From Mobula hypostoma (taxonomy: Eukaryota), in assembly GCF_963921235.1 (NCBI RefSeq), contig NC_086097.1, positions 129,954,001-130,018,000 on the forward strand: a DNA stretch of 64,000 bases. The letters run 5' to 3'. A program made the translations under genes and the position numbers. Within the stretch, counting starts at the first letter, position 1. Every line of letters begins with the position of its first letter. The notes beneath the pieces were generated by a model. That model searched no databases, was not told the origin of the DNA, and saw only the letters and a program-made list of their open reading frames with translations. Positions 49,796 to 62,704 of the stretch are shown here, piece by piece.

Positions 49796-52700
49796 TAGAC
49801 AATAGGTGCAGGAGTAGGCCATTCGGCCCTTCGAGCCAGCACCACCATTCACTGTGATCATAGCTGATCATCCACAATCAGTATCCAGTTCCTGCCTTAT
49901 CACCATAACCCTTGATTCCGCTATCTTTAAGAGCTCTATCCATCTCTTTCTTGAAAGCATCCGGAGACTTGGTCTCCACAGCCTTCTGGGGCAGAGCATT
50001 CCATATATCCACCACTCTCTGGGTGAAAAAGTTTTTCCTCAACTCCGTTCTAAATGGCCTACCCCTTATTCTTAAACTGTGCCCTCTGGTTCTGGACTCA
50101 CCCATCAGCGGGAACATGCTTCCTGCCTCCAGCGTGTCCAATCCCTTAATAATCTTATATGTTTCAATAAGATTCCCCTCTCAGCCTTCTAAATTCCAGA
50201 GTATACAAGCCCAGTCGCTCCAATCTTTTGACATATGACAGTCCCGCCATCCCGGGAATTAACCTTGTGAAACTACGCTGCACTCCCTCAATAGCAAGAA
50301 TGTCCTTCCTCAAATTTGGAGACCAAAACTGCACACAGTACTCCAGGTGTGGTCTCACCAGGGCCCCGTACAGCTGCAGAAGGACCTCTTTGCTCTTATA
50401 CTCAATTCCCCTTGTTATGAAGGCCAGCATGCCATTAGCTTTCTTCACTGCCTGCTGTACTTGCATGCTTGCTTTCAGTGACTGATGTACAAGATCACCT
50501 AGATCTTGTTGTACTTCCCCCTTTCCTAACTTGACTCCATTTAGATAATAATCTGCCTTCCTGTTCTTACCAGTGGATAACCTCACATTTATCCACATTA
50601 AACTGCATCTGCCATGCATCTACCCACTCACCCAGCCTGTCCAAGTCACACTGCATTATCATAACATCCTCCTCACATTTCACACTGCCACCCAGCTTTG
50701 TGTCATTGGCAAATTTCCTAATGTTACTTTTAATTCCCTCATCTAAATCATTAATATATATTGTAAACAGCTGCGGTCCCAGCACTGAACCCTGCGGTAC
50801 CTCACTGGTCACCGCCTGCCATTCCGAAAAGGACCCGTTAATCGCTACTCTTTGTTTTCTGTCAGCCAGCCAATTTTCAATCCATGTCAGTACTCTGCCC
50901 CCAATACCATGTGCCCTAATTTTGCCCACTAATCTCCTATGTGGGACTTTATCAAGGGATTTCTGAAAGTCCAGGTACACTACATCCACTGGCTCTCCCT
51001 TGTCCATTTTCATAGTTACATCCTCAAAAAATTCCAGAAGATTAGTCAAGCACGATTCCCCTTCGTAAAGCTGTCTGTATTTCCTGAGGAGACTGAGGTC
51101 CTTTAACATCTGCCAGACGATGCTGAGGATGTTCTACGAGTCTGTGGTGGCCAGTGCGATCATGTTTGCTGTTATGTGCTGGGGCAGCAGGCTGAGGGTA
51201 GCAGACACCAACAGAATCAACAAACTCACCCGTAAGGCCAATGATGTTGTGGGGATGGAACTGGATTCTCTCACGGTGGTGTCTAAAAAGAGGATGCTGT
51301 CTAAGTTGCATGCCATCTTGATCAATGTTTCCCATCCACTACATAACATACTGGGTGGGCACAGGAGTACATTCAGCCAGAGACTCATTCCACCGAGATG
51401 CAGCACAGAGCATCATAGGAAGTCATTCCTGCCTGTAGCCATCAAACTTTACAACTCCTCCCTTGGAGGGTCAGACACCCTGAGCCAATAGGCTGGTCCT
51501 GGACTTATTTCATAATTTACTGGCATAATTTACACTACTATTTAACTATTTATGGTTCTATTACTATTTATTATTTATGGTGCAACTGTAACGAAAACCA
51601 ATTTCCCCCGGGATCAATAAAGTATGACTACTACTACTACTACTACTAAATCCATGCTGACTCGGGCCAATCCTGTTACTACTATCCAGATGTGTCATAA
51701 TTTCATCTTTTATAATTGACTCCAGCATCTTTCCCACCACCGACGTCGGGCTAACCGGTCTATAATTCCCTGTTTTCTCTCTTCCTCCCTTCTTGAAGAG
51801 AGGGACAACATTAGCCACCCTCCAATCCACAGGAACTGATCCTGAATCTATAGAACATTGGAAAATGATTACCAATGCGTCCACGATTTCTAAAGCCACC
51901 TCCTTAAGTACCCTGGGATGCAGACCGTCAGGTTTCGGGGACTTATCAGCCTTCAGACTCAACAGCCTGTCCAACACCATTTCCTGTCTAATATAAATTT
52001 CCTTCAGTTCATCCATTACCCTAGGTCCTTTGGCCACTATTATATCTGGGAGATTGTTTGTGTCTTCCCGAGAGAAGACAGATCCAAAGTACCTGTTCAG
52101 CTCATCTGCCATTTCCTTGTTCCCCATTATAAATTCTCCCGCTTCTGTCTTCAAGAGCCCAGTTTTGGTCTTAACTATTTTTTTTCCTTTTCACAGAACA
52201 GAACTAAAGAAGCTTTTACTATGCTCCTTTATATTCTTGGCTAGTTTACCTTCGTACCTCATTTTTTTCTCCGCGTATTGCCTTTTTAGTTACCTTCTGT
52301 TGCTCTTTAAAAGTTTCCCAATCCTCCAGCTTCCCACTTGTCTTTGCTATGTTATACTTCTCTTTTATTTATATACTGTCCATTACTTCCCTTGTCAGCC
52401 ACAGCCTCCCCTTACTCCCCTTAGGATCTTCCTTCCTCTTTGGAATGAACTGATCCTGCATCTTCCGCATTATTCCCAGAAACACTTGCCATTGCTGTTC
52501 CACTGTCATCCCTGCTAGGGTATTGTTCCATTGAACTTTGGCCAGCTCCTCCCTCACTGCACCATAGTTCCCTTTGTTCAACTGTAATACTGACACTTCC
52601 GAGTTTCCCTTCTCCCTCTCAAATTGTAGATTAAAACTTATCAATATTATGGTCACTACCTCCTAATGGCTCCTTTACCGCGAGGTCCCTGATCAAATCC

Positions 52701-52931
52701 GGTTCATTGCACAACACTAAATCTAGAATTGCGTTCTCTCTGGTAGGCTCCAGTACAAGCTGTTCTAAGAATCCATCTTGGAGGCATTCCACAAATTCCC
52801 TTTCTTGGGGTCCAGTACCAACCTGATTCCTCCAGTCTACCTGCATGTTGAAGTCCCCCATAACAACTGTAGCGATATGCCAATTTTAACTCTTGATTCA
52901 ACTTACACCCTACATCCAGACTACTGTTTGG
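49796..52931 (-). mobile_element. Young 5'-truncated CR1 (part of APE + RT + 3' end), a few frameshifts
   Basis: Successive ORFs 52631-52861, 52369-52656, 51564-52154, 50567-51109, 50164-50619 and 49878-50141 closely parallel the 4980-8009 protein. Confidence 0.95.
51070..51646 (+). mobile_element. Young 5'-truncated Rex1/Babar-like LINE with (TAC)n tail inside the CR1
   Basis: Open C-terminal ORF (LYFLRRLRSFN...SFLPVAIKLYN), ccccgggatcaataaagta followed by (tac)n, flanked by TAAA at 51066-51069 and 51647-51650. Confidence 0.9.
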
Positions 52932-54154
52932 ATTAGGAAGGAGGTACAGAAGCCTGAAAGCACACACACAATGAGTCAGCTTCTTCCCCTTTGCCATCCA
53001 GTTTCTAAATGGACATTGAACCCATGCACATTACGTCACAACTCAAAATTCCTCTTTTTTTTGCACTAATTTAACTATTTAATATATACTTATTGTAATT
53101 CAGTTTTCTTTCTCTCTCTATTATCATGACTTGCATTGTACTGCTGCCACAAAGTTAATACATTTCACAACTTATGCCGGTGATATTAAACCTGATTCTG
53201 ATTTTGAGTTGTATAAGATGTTTGTGAGGCCTAACTTAAAAGTATTGTGTGCAGTTTTGGTCACCTATCTACATAAAAGATGTAAATAAAATTGAGAGAG
53301 TGTGCAAATAAAATTTGCAAGCATGTTGCCAGTACTGGAGGACCTGAGTTATTGGGAAAGGTAGAATAGGTTAGGAATTTTTTCCCTAGACTGTAGAAGA
53401 TTGAGGGGAGACTGGATAGAGGATTACAAAATTATGAGAGGTATAGATAGGGCAAATACAAGGAGGTTTTTTCCGCTGAGGTTGGGTGAGACTAGAACGA
53501 GATGTAATGGGTTAGGGTGAAGGGTGAAAGGTGAAATATTTAAGGGGAACATGAGGGGAACTCCTTCACTCAGAGGATGGTGGGAGTGTGGAACGAGCTG
53601 CCAGAGCAAGTGGTGGATGCAGGGGCGATCTCAACATTTAAGAGAAATTTGGTTAGGTACTTGGACGGGAGGGCAATGGAGGGCTATGGTCTGGATGCAA
53701 ATTGATGGGACTAGGAAGATTAAAGGTTCAGCACGGGCTAGATGGACCGAATGGCTCATTTCTGTCCTGCAGTGTTCTATTACTCTATGATTCTAAACAT
53801 CTCGTCCTGTGAGCAAGCAAATCTTAAGGTTGTATAATTTATACATTCTTTGATAATAAATGTACTTGAATCTATATTCTGAGACTCACAGGTGTAAAGG
53901 CCAATTTTAAAAAAACCCTGAACTTATGTGGCGTCTGTCACATCACAGACCTTCAGACATTTTCAATGGGCCTTACAGCCACTGAGGTATAGTCAAGGAT
54001 ATAACACAACAAGTTTTATTTGTAAAGCATCAAAAATTTCATGTGACGCTTCAAAGAAACAATATCAAACAAAAATAATATTTGATACTAGGAATTTTAA
54101 GGACAGTTGAACAATATCGTGGGCAAGCAGTGGGTTTTAATGAGATACTTGGGA

Positions 54155-54575
54155 GTCATAGAGATGTGCAGCATTGAAACAAGCCCTTCAACCCAATTAG
54201 TCCACGTTGACCAAGATGTCCAATTGATCCAGTTCCCTTTGCCTGCATTTGGCCCATACCTCTCTAAATATTTCCATTCAGGTAATTACTTAAATGTTGC
54301 AAATATACCCAGCTTCCCCTGCCAGCTCTCTCCATTACCCACCACTCTCGGTGTGTCAAAGTTTCCCCTAGGTCTCTTTCATTAGTTTTTCCTCTCATCT
54401 CACACCTATGCCCTCTAGTTTCAAACTCCACTACTCTGGGACAAATAGTCTGCAACAATTTACCTCATCTACGACCATCATAATTTATACAACTATACAC
54501 TTTGGGTGGAAAAAGCCCCAGCCTATCTAGCACATCCTTATAAGTCAAACCCTCCAGTCCTAGCAACATCCTGAT
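54155..54575 (-). mobile_element. Old CR1 3' fragment
   Basis: ETRGHR motif; cctgcatttggcccatacc 3' UTR. Confidence 0.65.
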
Positions 54576-54874
54576 GATTAGTGGAAAGAATGGTAGAAAA
54601 GAGGAGAGGATGAGGGAAGGAAATTCAGGATTTTAAATGCTGAAGGCAAGGCTGACATGAAACTAAACACTGAAGGAAAAGTTCAAAATTAAGACAACAG
54701 TAAATTTAAAAAATGGATACAGGTAATCTGAAAAAGAAAACAACCGAAAATACTGAAAACACTTAGGTGGTCTCAGTGTCTCAGAGTCACACATCACAGA
54801 ATCAGGTCCACTGAGTCTACACCAAATACCAAGCACCCAATTATACTTTTTTTTTAATATACTTACATCACTGT

Positions 54875-55075
54875 AATCTCCCAATTTCTACTGGAGCAAT
54901 TACAATGACCAATCAACCTACATACCTAACTGATGTTTGGATTGTGGGAAGAAAGCAGAGCATCTGAGGAAAGCCAGGTGGTTAGAGGAAAAACATGCAA
55001 TCTCCACACAGACAGCACCAAAAGGTCAGGATTCTTTGTTGCTGGCAGTAGTGAGATTAATTACCCCACTGTCCC
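54875..55075 (-). mobile_element. V-SINE/HE1-like SINE
   Basis: caattacaatgaccaatcaaccta...ttgggattgtgggaagaaagcagagca core. Confidence 0.65.
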
Positions 55076-55171
55076 ATTCCAAACGTGGTGTGGTCACCAA
55101 CACTTAAGCTGCAGTACTAAGGAGATATTGCACTTTTCAAAGGGATGTTCAAAAAAGGATCACAAATCTGT

Positions 55172-58100
55172 GCAATCTTCAGGAAGTTATGAAATGCTCC
55201 TGTATCCTTCCACATCCCAAAGGTATCCAGGTTGGTACATTATCTGGCCACTGTAAATTGCCCCAGATATATAAATGAGACAGAATTTGGGGCAAAATTG
55301 GGAGCAAGACAGCAACATCAAAATGGACCACTAAAAATGTAACTGAGCACAACTTCATATGTTAGGGGAGCAGAGATTCTAGCCTCATAAAATGAATATT
55401 TTTAAATGATATAAAGTTTCTCACCACTTGAAAATAACTGATCATCAAGAACACTGCCCTACCTAGCTGGTCATAAGACAAAGGAGCAGAATTATGCCAT
55501 CGAGTCTGTCCCTTCGTGGCTGAGTTATTATCTCTCTCAACCACATTCATCTGCCTTCTCCCCATTACCTTTGATGCCCTTACAATCAACAATCTACTAA
55601 ACTCCACTTTAAATATACCTAATGACTTGGACTCCACAGCCATTTGTGGCAATGAATTCCATTGATTCTCCACCCTCTGGCCGAACAAGTTCTTCTTTAT
55701 CTCAGTTCAAAAGGGAAGGCTTTGTATTCTGAGACTGCGCTCTCTCATCTTAGACTCCCTCCATTTTAGGAAACATCCTCTCCACATCCACTATTTCACT
55801 ATTTGATAGGTTTCAATGAGATCCATGCCCCATTCTTCTAAATTTCAGCCCACAGCCATCAAATGATCCTCTTAAATAATCCTTTTATTTCTGGGACCAT
55901 AATTATGTTATTTGCATCCACTGCTTTAATTTAAAATCTGGTGCTACACAGACACTGTCGTGCTAAGAAATTGCTGCAGGTTCTCCTAAAACACACTTGT
56001 TGATTTGGTCAAATATAGATTTGTTCCCGTAATTTGCAGGAAAAATCTTTCTCAGAACACCATTACCGTTTCTCCATGCATTCATCTAGTAAGCCTTTAA
56101 AATTAATACCATTAAAATTTCTTGTCAAAACAATTACTTCAACGACTACTGTCCTGATGAATTGTACCATTTTGTGATCAGCTGTGGTGTTTCTTTAGAT
56201 GACTATATTTCATGGATTATATATGGCTTTGGTTTTATTCATATAGAAGAAGATTCAGAGCATTATTCTCCAGATCTAATGAAGCCTGAAACATTTGTTT
56301 TCAGGTTATTAACAAAGGAACAAGAAGTAGTATGAGAAATCAGTGGGAATGGATGATCTATATTACACTGAGTGAAAGGGCGGTTAGTAGCAAACTTAAA
56401 GGATCAAGGAAATAGAAAAGTATTTGATGTCTACCAGACAAAATGGTGAATTGCAGGGGAGTGGAACTTACTCAAAACTCTTTCAACGTGCACACAAACT
56501 TGCTACAATTAGATAAATCAGAAAATTAAATCAATTCCAGCTGCAGTAACCTAGGTCATAATTCTTCCTATCACCTATGATAATAAGAATTTGCATACAG
56601 AACCCTTAATGCAGCAAAAAATTTCTCAAGGGCCTTAAAGATAAAGACTGACACCGAGCCAGAGAAATCAAATTTTTGACAAAGGTTGCAAAAAGATAAG
56701 GTTCTAAAGTGAACAGAAAGAAGTGGAGAGATTTAAGGAGGCTACTGAAGGCATGCATAGTTAACTGTTCAGTCTACCCCAAATTCATCAACTACATAAA
56801 ACTTTTGTTTGTTTTTCATGGGGGGGAGGAAATTGATTCCCTTAAGGAAACCATGCTGACTTTGTCCTATCTTGTCCTGCGTGACAAAGTACTCCATAAT
56901 CTCATCCTTAACAATTGACTCCAACATATTCCCAATCACTGAGGTCAGCCTAACTGGTCTATAATTTCCTTTCTGCTGCCTTCCTCCTTTCTTAAACAGT
57001 GGAGTGACACTTGGAATTTTTCCAGTCCTCTGGCACCATGCCAGAGTCCAATGATTTTTGAAAGATCATTGATAATGGCTCCACAATCTCTACTGTTAAC
57101 TTTCAGAATCCTAGGGTGCAGTTCATCTACCCTTAGGTCTTTCAGCTTTTTGAGCACCTTCTCCCTTGTAATAGTAACTGCACTGACTTCTCTTCCCTCA
57201 CCCTTCAACATCTGACTGATGCAAAATACTCATTTAGTTCATATGCCATCTCCTTGGCCCCCGTTATTATTTCTCCGACCTCATTTTCTACTAGTCCTAT
57301 ATCCACTCTCATCTCTCTTTTATTTTTTACATTTTTGATATTGTTTCCTAGTTTGCTTTCATGGTTCATCTTTTCTCTCCTAATGATTGTAACGGGGTTT
57401 CGACTTTTATGTTACTGCGGAGGCTAATTAAAATGGCGCCTTTGTTATGTTGATCTGGGGAATGCGGCTTTGTTGTGTTAAACGCTGAGAAAGTTTGTGC
57501 TAGCAGCTTGTTTTGGTTTAGAGTGTGATAAGAGGGTACTATTAACCAATTGGGATAGTTGTTATGGTTTCGGTGTATTTGAAGATACTGTATGCGCGGG
57601 GTTTTGGGGAGAAGGAGGGAGAGCGAGACAGAGGATGGACGAGGTGCTGTGATGTCCGCTAACGGGGTCGGACCCCGAGGAGGGCGTTCGGCGAGGAGAC
57701 GGAGACGGACTAGGGTGGAGCGTCTGGTCGACCACCATTGTTGGTCCCAGGTGGCCAGTCGAGGTGGTCCAAGGGGTCGCAGGGTGAAGAAGAAGGACCT
57801 TGAGCTCCAACTGTTTTGTGCACGAAGAGATTGAACTTTCATAAGTGTGGCGCCTTTTATTTTCCTTTCATATTTTATTCTCTCTTAATTATATAGTTCC
57901 AGTAATATCTATAAACTGTAAATCATTTAATTGCATCTGGTGTATTGCCTGTTATTTGGGCGGGTTGGGGTACCTCACACAGCATCCACACAAACTATTA
58001 CCCAGTTTGGCGGGGCCGAGGACTGTTTCCCTAGACGACAGCGAGCCAAGCGACTCTGAGGGTGGCCAAGGGGGGGCTACATGATATTTTAGTTACTCTC

Positions 58101-58625
58101 TGTAGGGTTTTAAAAGCTTTCCAATTTTCTATCTTTCCACTAATTTTTGCATTGTTGTATGCCCTCTCATTTGCTTTTACATTAGCTTTGACTTCCCTCC
58201 TTAGCCATGGTTGTACTATTTTGCCATTTGAGTATTTCTTTGTTTTTGGAATACATCTATCCTGCACCTTCCTCACTTTTCCCAGAAACTCATGCCATTG
58301 CTGCTCTGCTGTCATCCCTGTCAGCATCACCTTCTAATTTACTTTGGCCATCTCCTCTGTCATACCACTGTAATTTCCTTCACTCCACCAAAATACTGCC
58401 ACATCAGAATTTACTTTCTCCCTATCAAATTTCAAGTTGAAATCAATCATACTGTGATCACTGCCTCCTAAGGGTTCTTTTACCTTAAGCTCCTAATCCC
58501 CTTTGGTTCATTACATAACACCCAAACCAGTATAGCTGAACCCCTTGTAGGCATAACTACACATTGCTCTAAAAAGCCATCTTGTAGGTATTACCAAACT
58601 GATTTTCCCTATCGATCTGCATGTT
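55172..58625 (+). repeat. Segmental duplication copy B (partner 1008-3960)
   Basis: Same colinear sequence. Lacks ~140 bp found at ~2070-2200 and carries an extra LTR. Confidence 0.93.
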
Positions 58626-59995
58626 GAAATCTCCTATGACTATCATAACATTGCCCTTTTGACTCGCCTTTTCTCTTTGTAATCTGTGGTCCACATCCCT
58701 GCTACTGTTGAAAGGCCTGTATATAACTGCCACCTGTGTCCTTTTACCCTGGCAGTTTCTAACTCAACCCACAAGGATTCAATATCTTCCGATCCTATGT
58801 CACATCTTTCTAGTGATTTGATGCCATTCTTCACCAGCAGACGTACGCCATCCCCTCTGTCGACCTTCCTATCCCTCCAATAAAATGTGCAACCTTGGAC
58901 ATTCGGCTCCCAAATACAACCATCCTTCAGCCACAATTTAGTAATGGCCACAATATCATAACCAACCATCTGTAACAAAAAGTGCAACAAAACCATCCAC
59001 ATTATTTCTTTGACTCCGTGCATTGAGATATAATACCTTGAGTGCTGCATTTGCTACCCTTTTTGACTCTGCATCCCCAATGCACTGATACTCATCCTGC
59101 TGGCTGTAGTTATGTCCTATCATCTGCCTGCACTTCCTGTCAGTCTGCCTGCACGCTATCTTTGCTTTTTTACCATCTGTCCTATCCTGAGTCTCTTCGC
59201 ACCCATTCCCACCCCCTGCAAAATTAGTTTAAACCCTCCCCAACAGCTCTAACAAACCTGCCTGTGAGAATACTGCTTCCCCTCGGGTTCAGGTGCAACC
59301 TGTTGCTTTTGAACATGTCATACCTCCCCCAGAAGAGATCCCAATGATCCAAGAACCTGAAGCCCTGACCCTTGCTCCAGCTTCTCAGCCACACATTAAT
59401 TTGCCAAATCATCCTGTTTCTATCCTCACTGGTGCGTGGCACAGGCAGCAATCCAGAAATTACTACCCAGGAGGTCCCGCTTCTCAGCTTTCTACCTAGG
59501 TTTCTAAATTCTCTTTTCAGGACCTCTTTGCTTTTCCATATTTTACCATTATGTACCAAGACATTTGGCTGCTCTTCCTCCCTCTCCAAAATGTTGTGGA
59601 TGTGATCTGAGCCATCCCTGATCCTGGTAGGCAATATACCATCCAGGTGTCCTGTACACGTCTACAGAATCTCCTGTCTATTGCCCAGACTACTGAGTCC
59701 CCAATCACTACCACCCTCTTCTTTTCCCTTTATCCCTTCTGCACCACGGACCTACGCTCAGTGCCAGTAACCCGGTCTCCGTGGCAATCCCCTGGGAGGT
59801 AACCCCCCACAACATTATCCAAAGCTATATATTTACTTTTGAGGGGAATGGCCACAGGGGTGCTCTGCGCTAACTGCCTATTCATATTTCCATTACTCCT
59901 GACAGTCACCCAGCTACTCGCCTCCTGCAGCTTCAGGGTGACTACTTCCCTGTAACTCTGATCAATTATCTCCTCACTCCCCCATATGAGCCGAA
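56836..59995 (-). mobile_element. Degraded CR1 (ORF1 esterase ~59224-59990, APE, start of RT; 3' part missing)
   Basis: VVIGDS, VVISGLLPVP, FLDHWDLFW, LHLNPRG, LYLNARS, YDIVAIT motifs. Confidence 0.9.
57388..58081. mobile_element. 694-bp solo LTR (Gypsy-like by its 4-bp TSD)
   Basis: Ends TGTAAC...GCTACA; TSD TGAT at 57384-57387 and 58082-58085. The empty site taatgatatttt is at 3419-3430. CpG-rich. Confidence 0.9.
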
Positions 59996-60139
59996 TTGGT
60001 ATAAATCCTGTAATCCCAAGATGATGTCAAATCTGGATAAAATTTAAGTGTCAGAGTTCAGTATGTGTTTGCATATAAAGTGAAAAATGCAAGAATTTGC
60101 AAATCTCAGTTATAAGTCCAATTAATTTAAAGATGATGT

Positions 60140-60785
60140 ACTTAAAGGAGATTTGATAGACGTATACAAAATTCTGAGGCATATTAATAGGGTAAATGCA
60201 AGCAGGCTTTTCCCACTGAGGTTGGGTGGGTCCACACACCAGAGGTCATGGCTTAAGAGTGAAAGATGAGAAGTTTAAGGGGAACATGATAGGAATCTTC
60301 AACATGGACCTGACCTGATGTTACCTGGATTGGAGGGCAAACCTCATGAGAGTAGTTTGTGTGTACTTGGACTTTTCTCCTTCGAGCAACAGAGGATGAG
60401 AAATGACCTGATAGAAGTAAATAAGACAATGAAAGGCATTGATTGTGTGGATAGTCAGAGGCTTTTTCCCAGGGCTGAAATGGGTAACACAAGGGGGCAT
60501 AGTTTTAAGGTGCTTGGAAATAGGTACCGAGGGGATGTCAGGGGTAAATTTTTCCACACAGAGAGTGGTGGGTGCGTGGAATGCACTGCCGGCGGCGGTG
60601 ATGGAAGCAGATACAATAGGATCTTTTAAAAGCCTCTTAGATAGGTACATGGAGCTTAGAAAAATAGAGGGCTATGCACTAGGGAAATTCTAGGCAGTCT
60701 CTAGAGTAGGTTACATGGTCGGCACAACATTGTGGGCCAAAGGGCCTGTAATATGCTGTAAATTTCTATGTTCTATGTTCTAAAG
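60140..60785 (+). mobile_element. Two CR1 3' fragments; the second (60305-60785) ends in a (TTCTATG)n tail
   Basis: RMRNDLIEV, TRGHSFKV, TQRVVGAWNALP motifs. Confidence 0.85.
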
Positions 60786-61168
60786 CCTATGTATCGCCCA
60801 ACTGTTCTAGTCACTGCACCACAGCCAAAAATCAGGAGACCATCTACATTCAAGTTTAAGTCTACTAACAGAAGTGATTTGCAGGATTATCTTTTTTAAC
60901 ATCGCTCGCACTCTCACATGAGATGCTAGATGATAATTTCCTTGAATATTTAGAAGATTAATATTGTATCCTTTTGATCAGTTCTTGTGGGGGGAGGGGG
61001 GGAGACAGGGTTTAAACGCAGCTGCAAGGCCCATAAGAAATAATAGCCGTGATCAAAATTTTCCAATGTCAACTGAAACACAAATTATCCTTCCTCAGAA
61101 CTGAAGACAGGTCTGCATCAATCCATTCAAATTAGTGAGCAAGGTTGGTTGCCAAAGCCTTCCTTGAC

Positions 61169-61650
61169 AGGCACAGCTGGTAGAGCAGCTGCCTCACAGC
61201 ACAAGGGATCTGAATACAGTCCTAACTTCTGGTGGTCACTCTCTGGAGTTTGCTGGTTCTTTTTAGGCCGCGTGGGTGTCCTCCGCTTCCCAAAGATGCT
61301 TGTGTTGCAAGATTAACTGATGCTGTAAATTGCCCCTTGTGTGTTGGTGAGTGGTAGAACTTGGGGGAATTGTGGGAAGAATAAACTATAACATCAGTTT
61401 AGATTGGTGCTTGCACTCTCTGGAGTTTGCTCGTTCTTTTTATGCCGCGTGGGTGTCCTCCCACTTCCCAAAGATGCTTGTGTTGCAAGATTAACTGATG
61501 CTGTAAATTGCCCCTTGTGTGTTGGTGAGTGGTAGAACTTTGGGGAACTGTGAGAAGAATAAACTATAACATTAGTGTAGATTGGGGAACTGTGGGAAGA
61601 ATAAACTATAACATTAGTGTAGATGGTGAAGGGTGGGCTGAAGGCCTCTT
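61169..61650 (+). mobile_element. tRNA-derived V-SINE-like element with internal tandem duplications
   Basis: Head ggcacagctggtagagcagctgcctcacagc. A ~177-bp unit is duplicated (61237 / 61414) and a ~42-bp unit is repeated again at 61584. Confidence 0.8.
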
Positions 61651-62704
61651 TACTTCTTTTATAAAAAGGTTACTACATGAAGGAGAAAGTGTTACATTAC
61701 ATTAAACTCTTGTACCCTGTTTTGTAAAAGTTAAAGATCAAAGTTATTTGTCAACCACAGACTAGCAGAGCTCTGAAACCAACTTCAAGTAATTCCTGCA
61801 TAAAGCCTTTCATTAGGGATTGTTACCTGAAAGATGAGTGACAATAGGATGCAAAAACTACAACAATTTTGAGATTCTTGAATGTACACGCATCCTTTTG
61901 TGCCATCAGGACATTTCCATGGTCAACAAATCACCCTTGAAGCTTACAGACTGGTATGGTGCAGGCAATACCACCACTGATTTGCACCAGGAAGATCCTA
62001 CAAGCTGAAAAATTATAATAGCAGCATAATGGGAATAGAAGCTCGACAATGACCGAAAAGGAAGATGAAGACGGCGCAAATCAAAACCAAAACTGTAGAT
62101 GCAAAAGGATCTTGTGCTTTCCGGTGCATATGACAGATAACTTCTTCTCAGACTTCCAGCTGGATACAGGTACTCGGTCGGAAGCCTGAGAAGAGATCAT
62201 TCGTCAAAACTGCAGATGATGGAAAGCTGAAATAAAAGCAGCATCTCTGTAAAGAAAGCTAGCATTTCAGGTCCGAGACCTATTATCAGAAATAGGAGAG
62301 AGAGAAGACAAGTTGATTTCCAGTCGCAGAGAAAGTGGGCAGGGATAGGTTAAATTGCAATGATTCCAAGTGAGAAGATGGAATACCTTTTTTTAAAACA
62401 CATTTCCCCCTTCTCCTCCCAGGCAGTTACTTCCATTGGATAAGAGGTTCCATCGGCTTTGCATACTTGTAATAAGTCATGGCTTATTTCCTGAATCTCC
62501 ACCAGCAGTTGCACTTAGTGAGCTATGGAGCAAGATCAACAGGAAGATGGAAGGTGGGGTAGGGAGTTGCTAGAGAAGTGTGGGGAAAGGAAAATTAAGG
62601 ATCTGGACACTTAACTGAGTGCCAGTTATTGGGGCAGGGACTCAGGTAGCTTACAGAAGTCATAGAGCAAGGAAACAGGACCTTAAGCCCAGTAAGTCTG
62701 TGCT

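Larger units (their letters stand above)
49020..53203 (+). mobile_element. Rex1/Babar-like LINE (49020-49795 + 52932-53203), split by a young CR1
   Basis: IYKFADNTT, KKARQQLYF, LTGCITVWYG. ctcattgcta (49795) resumes as attaggaaggaggtacaga (52932); tail attaaacctgattctga. Confidence 0.88.
45160..53790 (+). mobile_element. Old full-length CR1 (5' UTR 45160-45555, ORF1 remnant to ~46497, ORF2 to ~49007, resuming ~53204-53790), interrupted by nested insertions
   Basis: ORF1 esterase remnants (VVISGLLPVP), VYFNGRS, PEDWKIANV, YVDLSKVFDKVPH. The sequence atgttgaagt (49007) continues as gagttgtataag (53206). Confidence 0.88.

Noticed and set aside
51564..51660. Poly-serine tract in ORF 51564-52154
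   Set aside because: Read-through into the reverse of the (TAC)n tail of the inserted Rex1-like element; a chimeric ORF.
57366..57842. 158-aa Pro/Arg/Ser-rich ORF
   Set aside because: Lies in the GC-rich LTR and crosses its boundary; no domain recognised.
61169..61240. tRNA gene
   Set aside because: Degenerate SINE head; no complete cloverleaf.
61237..61625. CRISPR-like array
   Set aside because: Eukaryotic context and plain tandem duplication without unique spacers.
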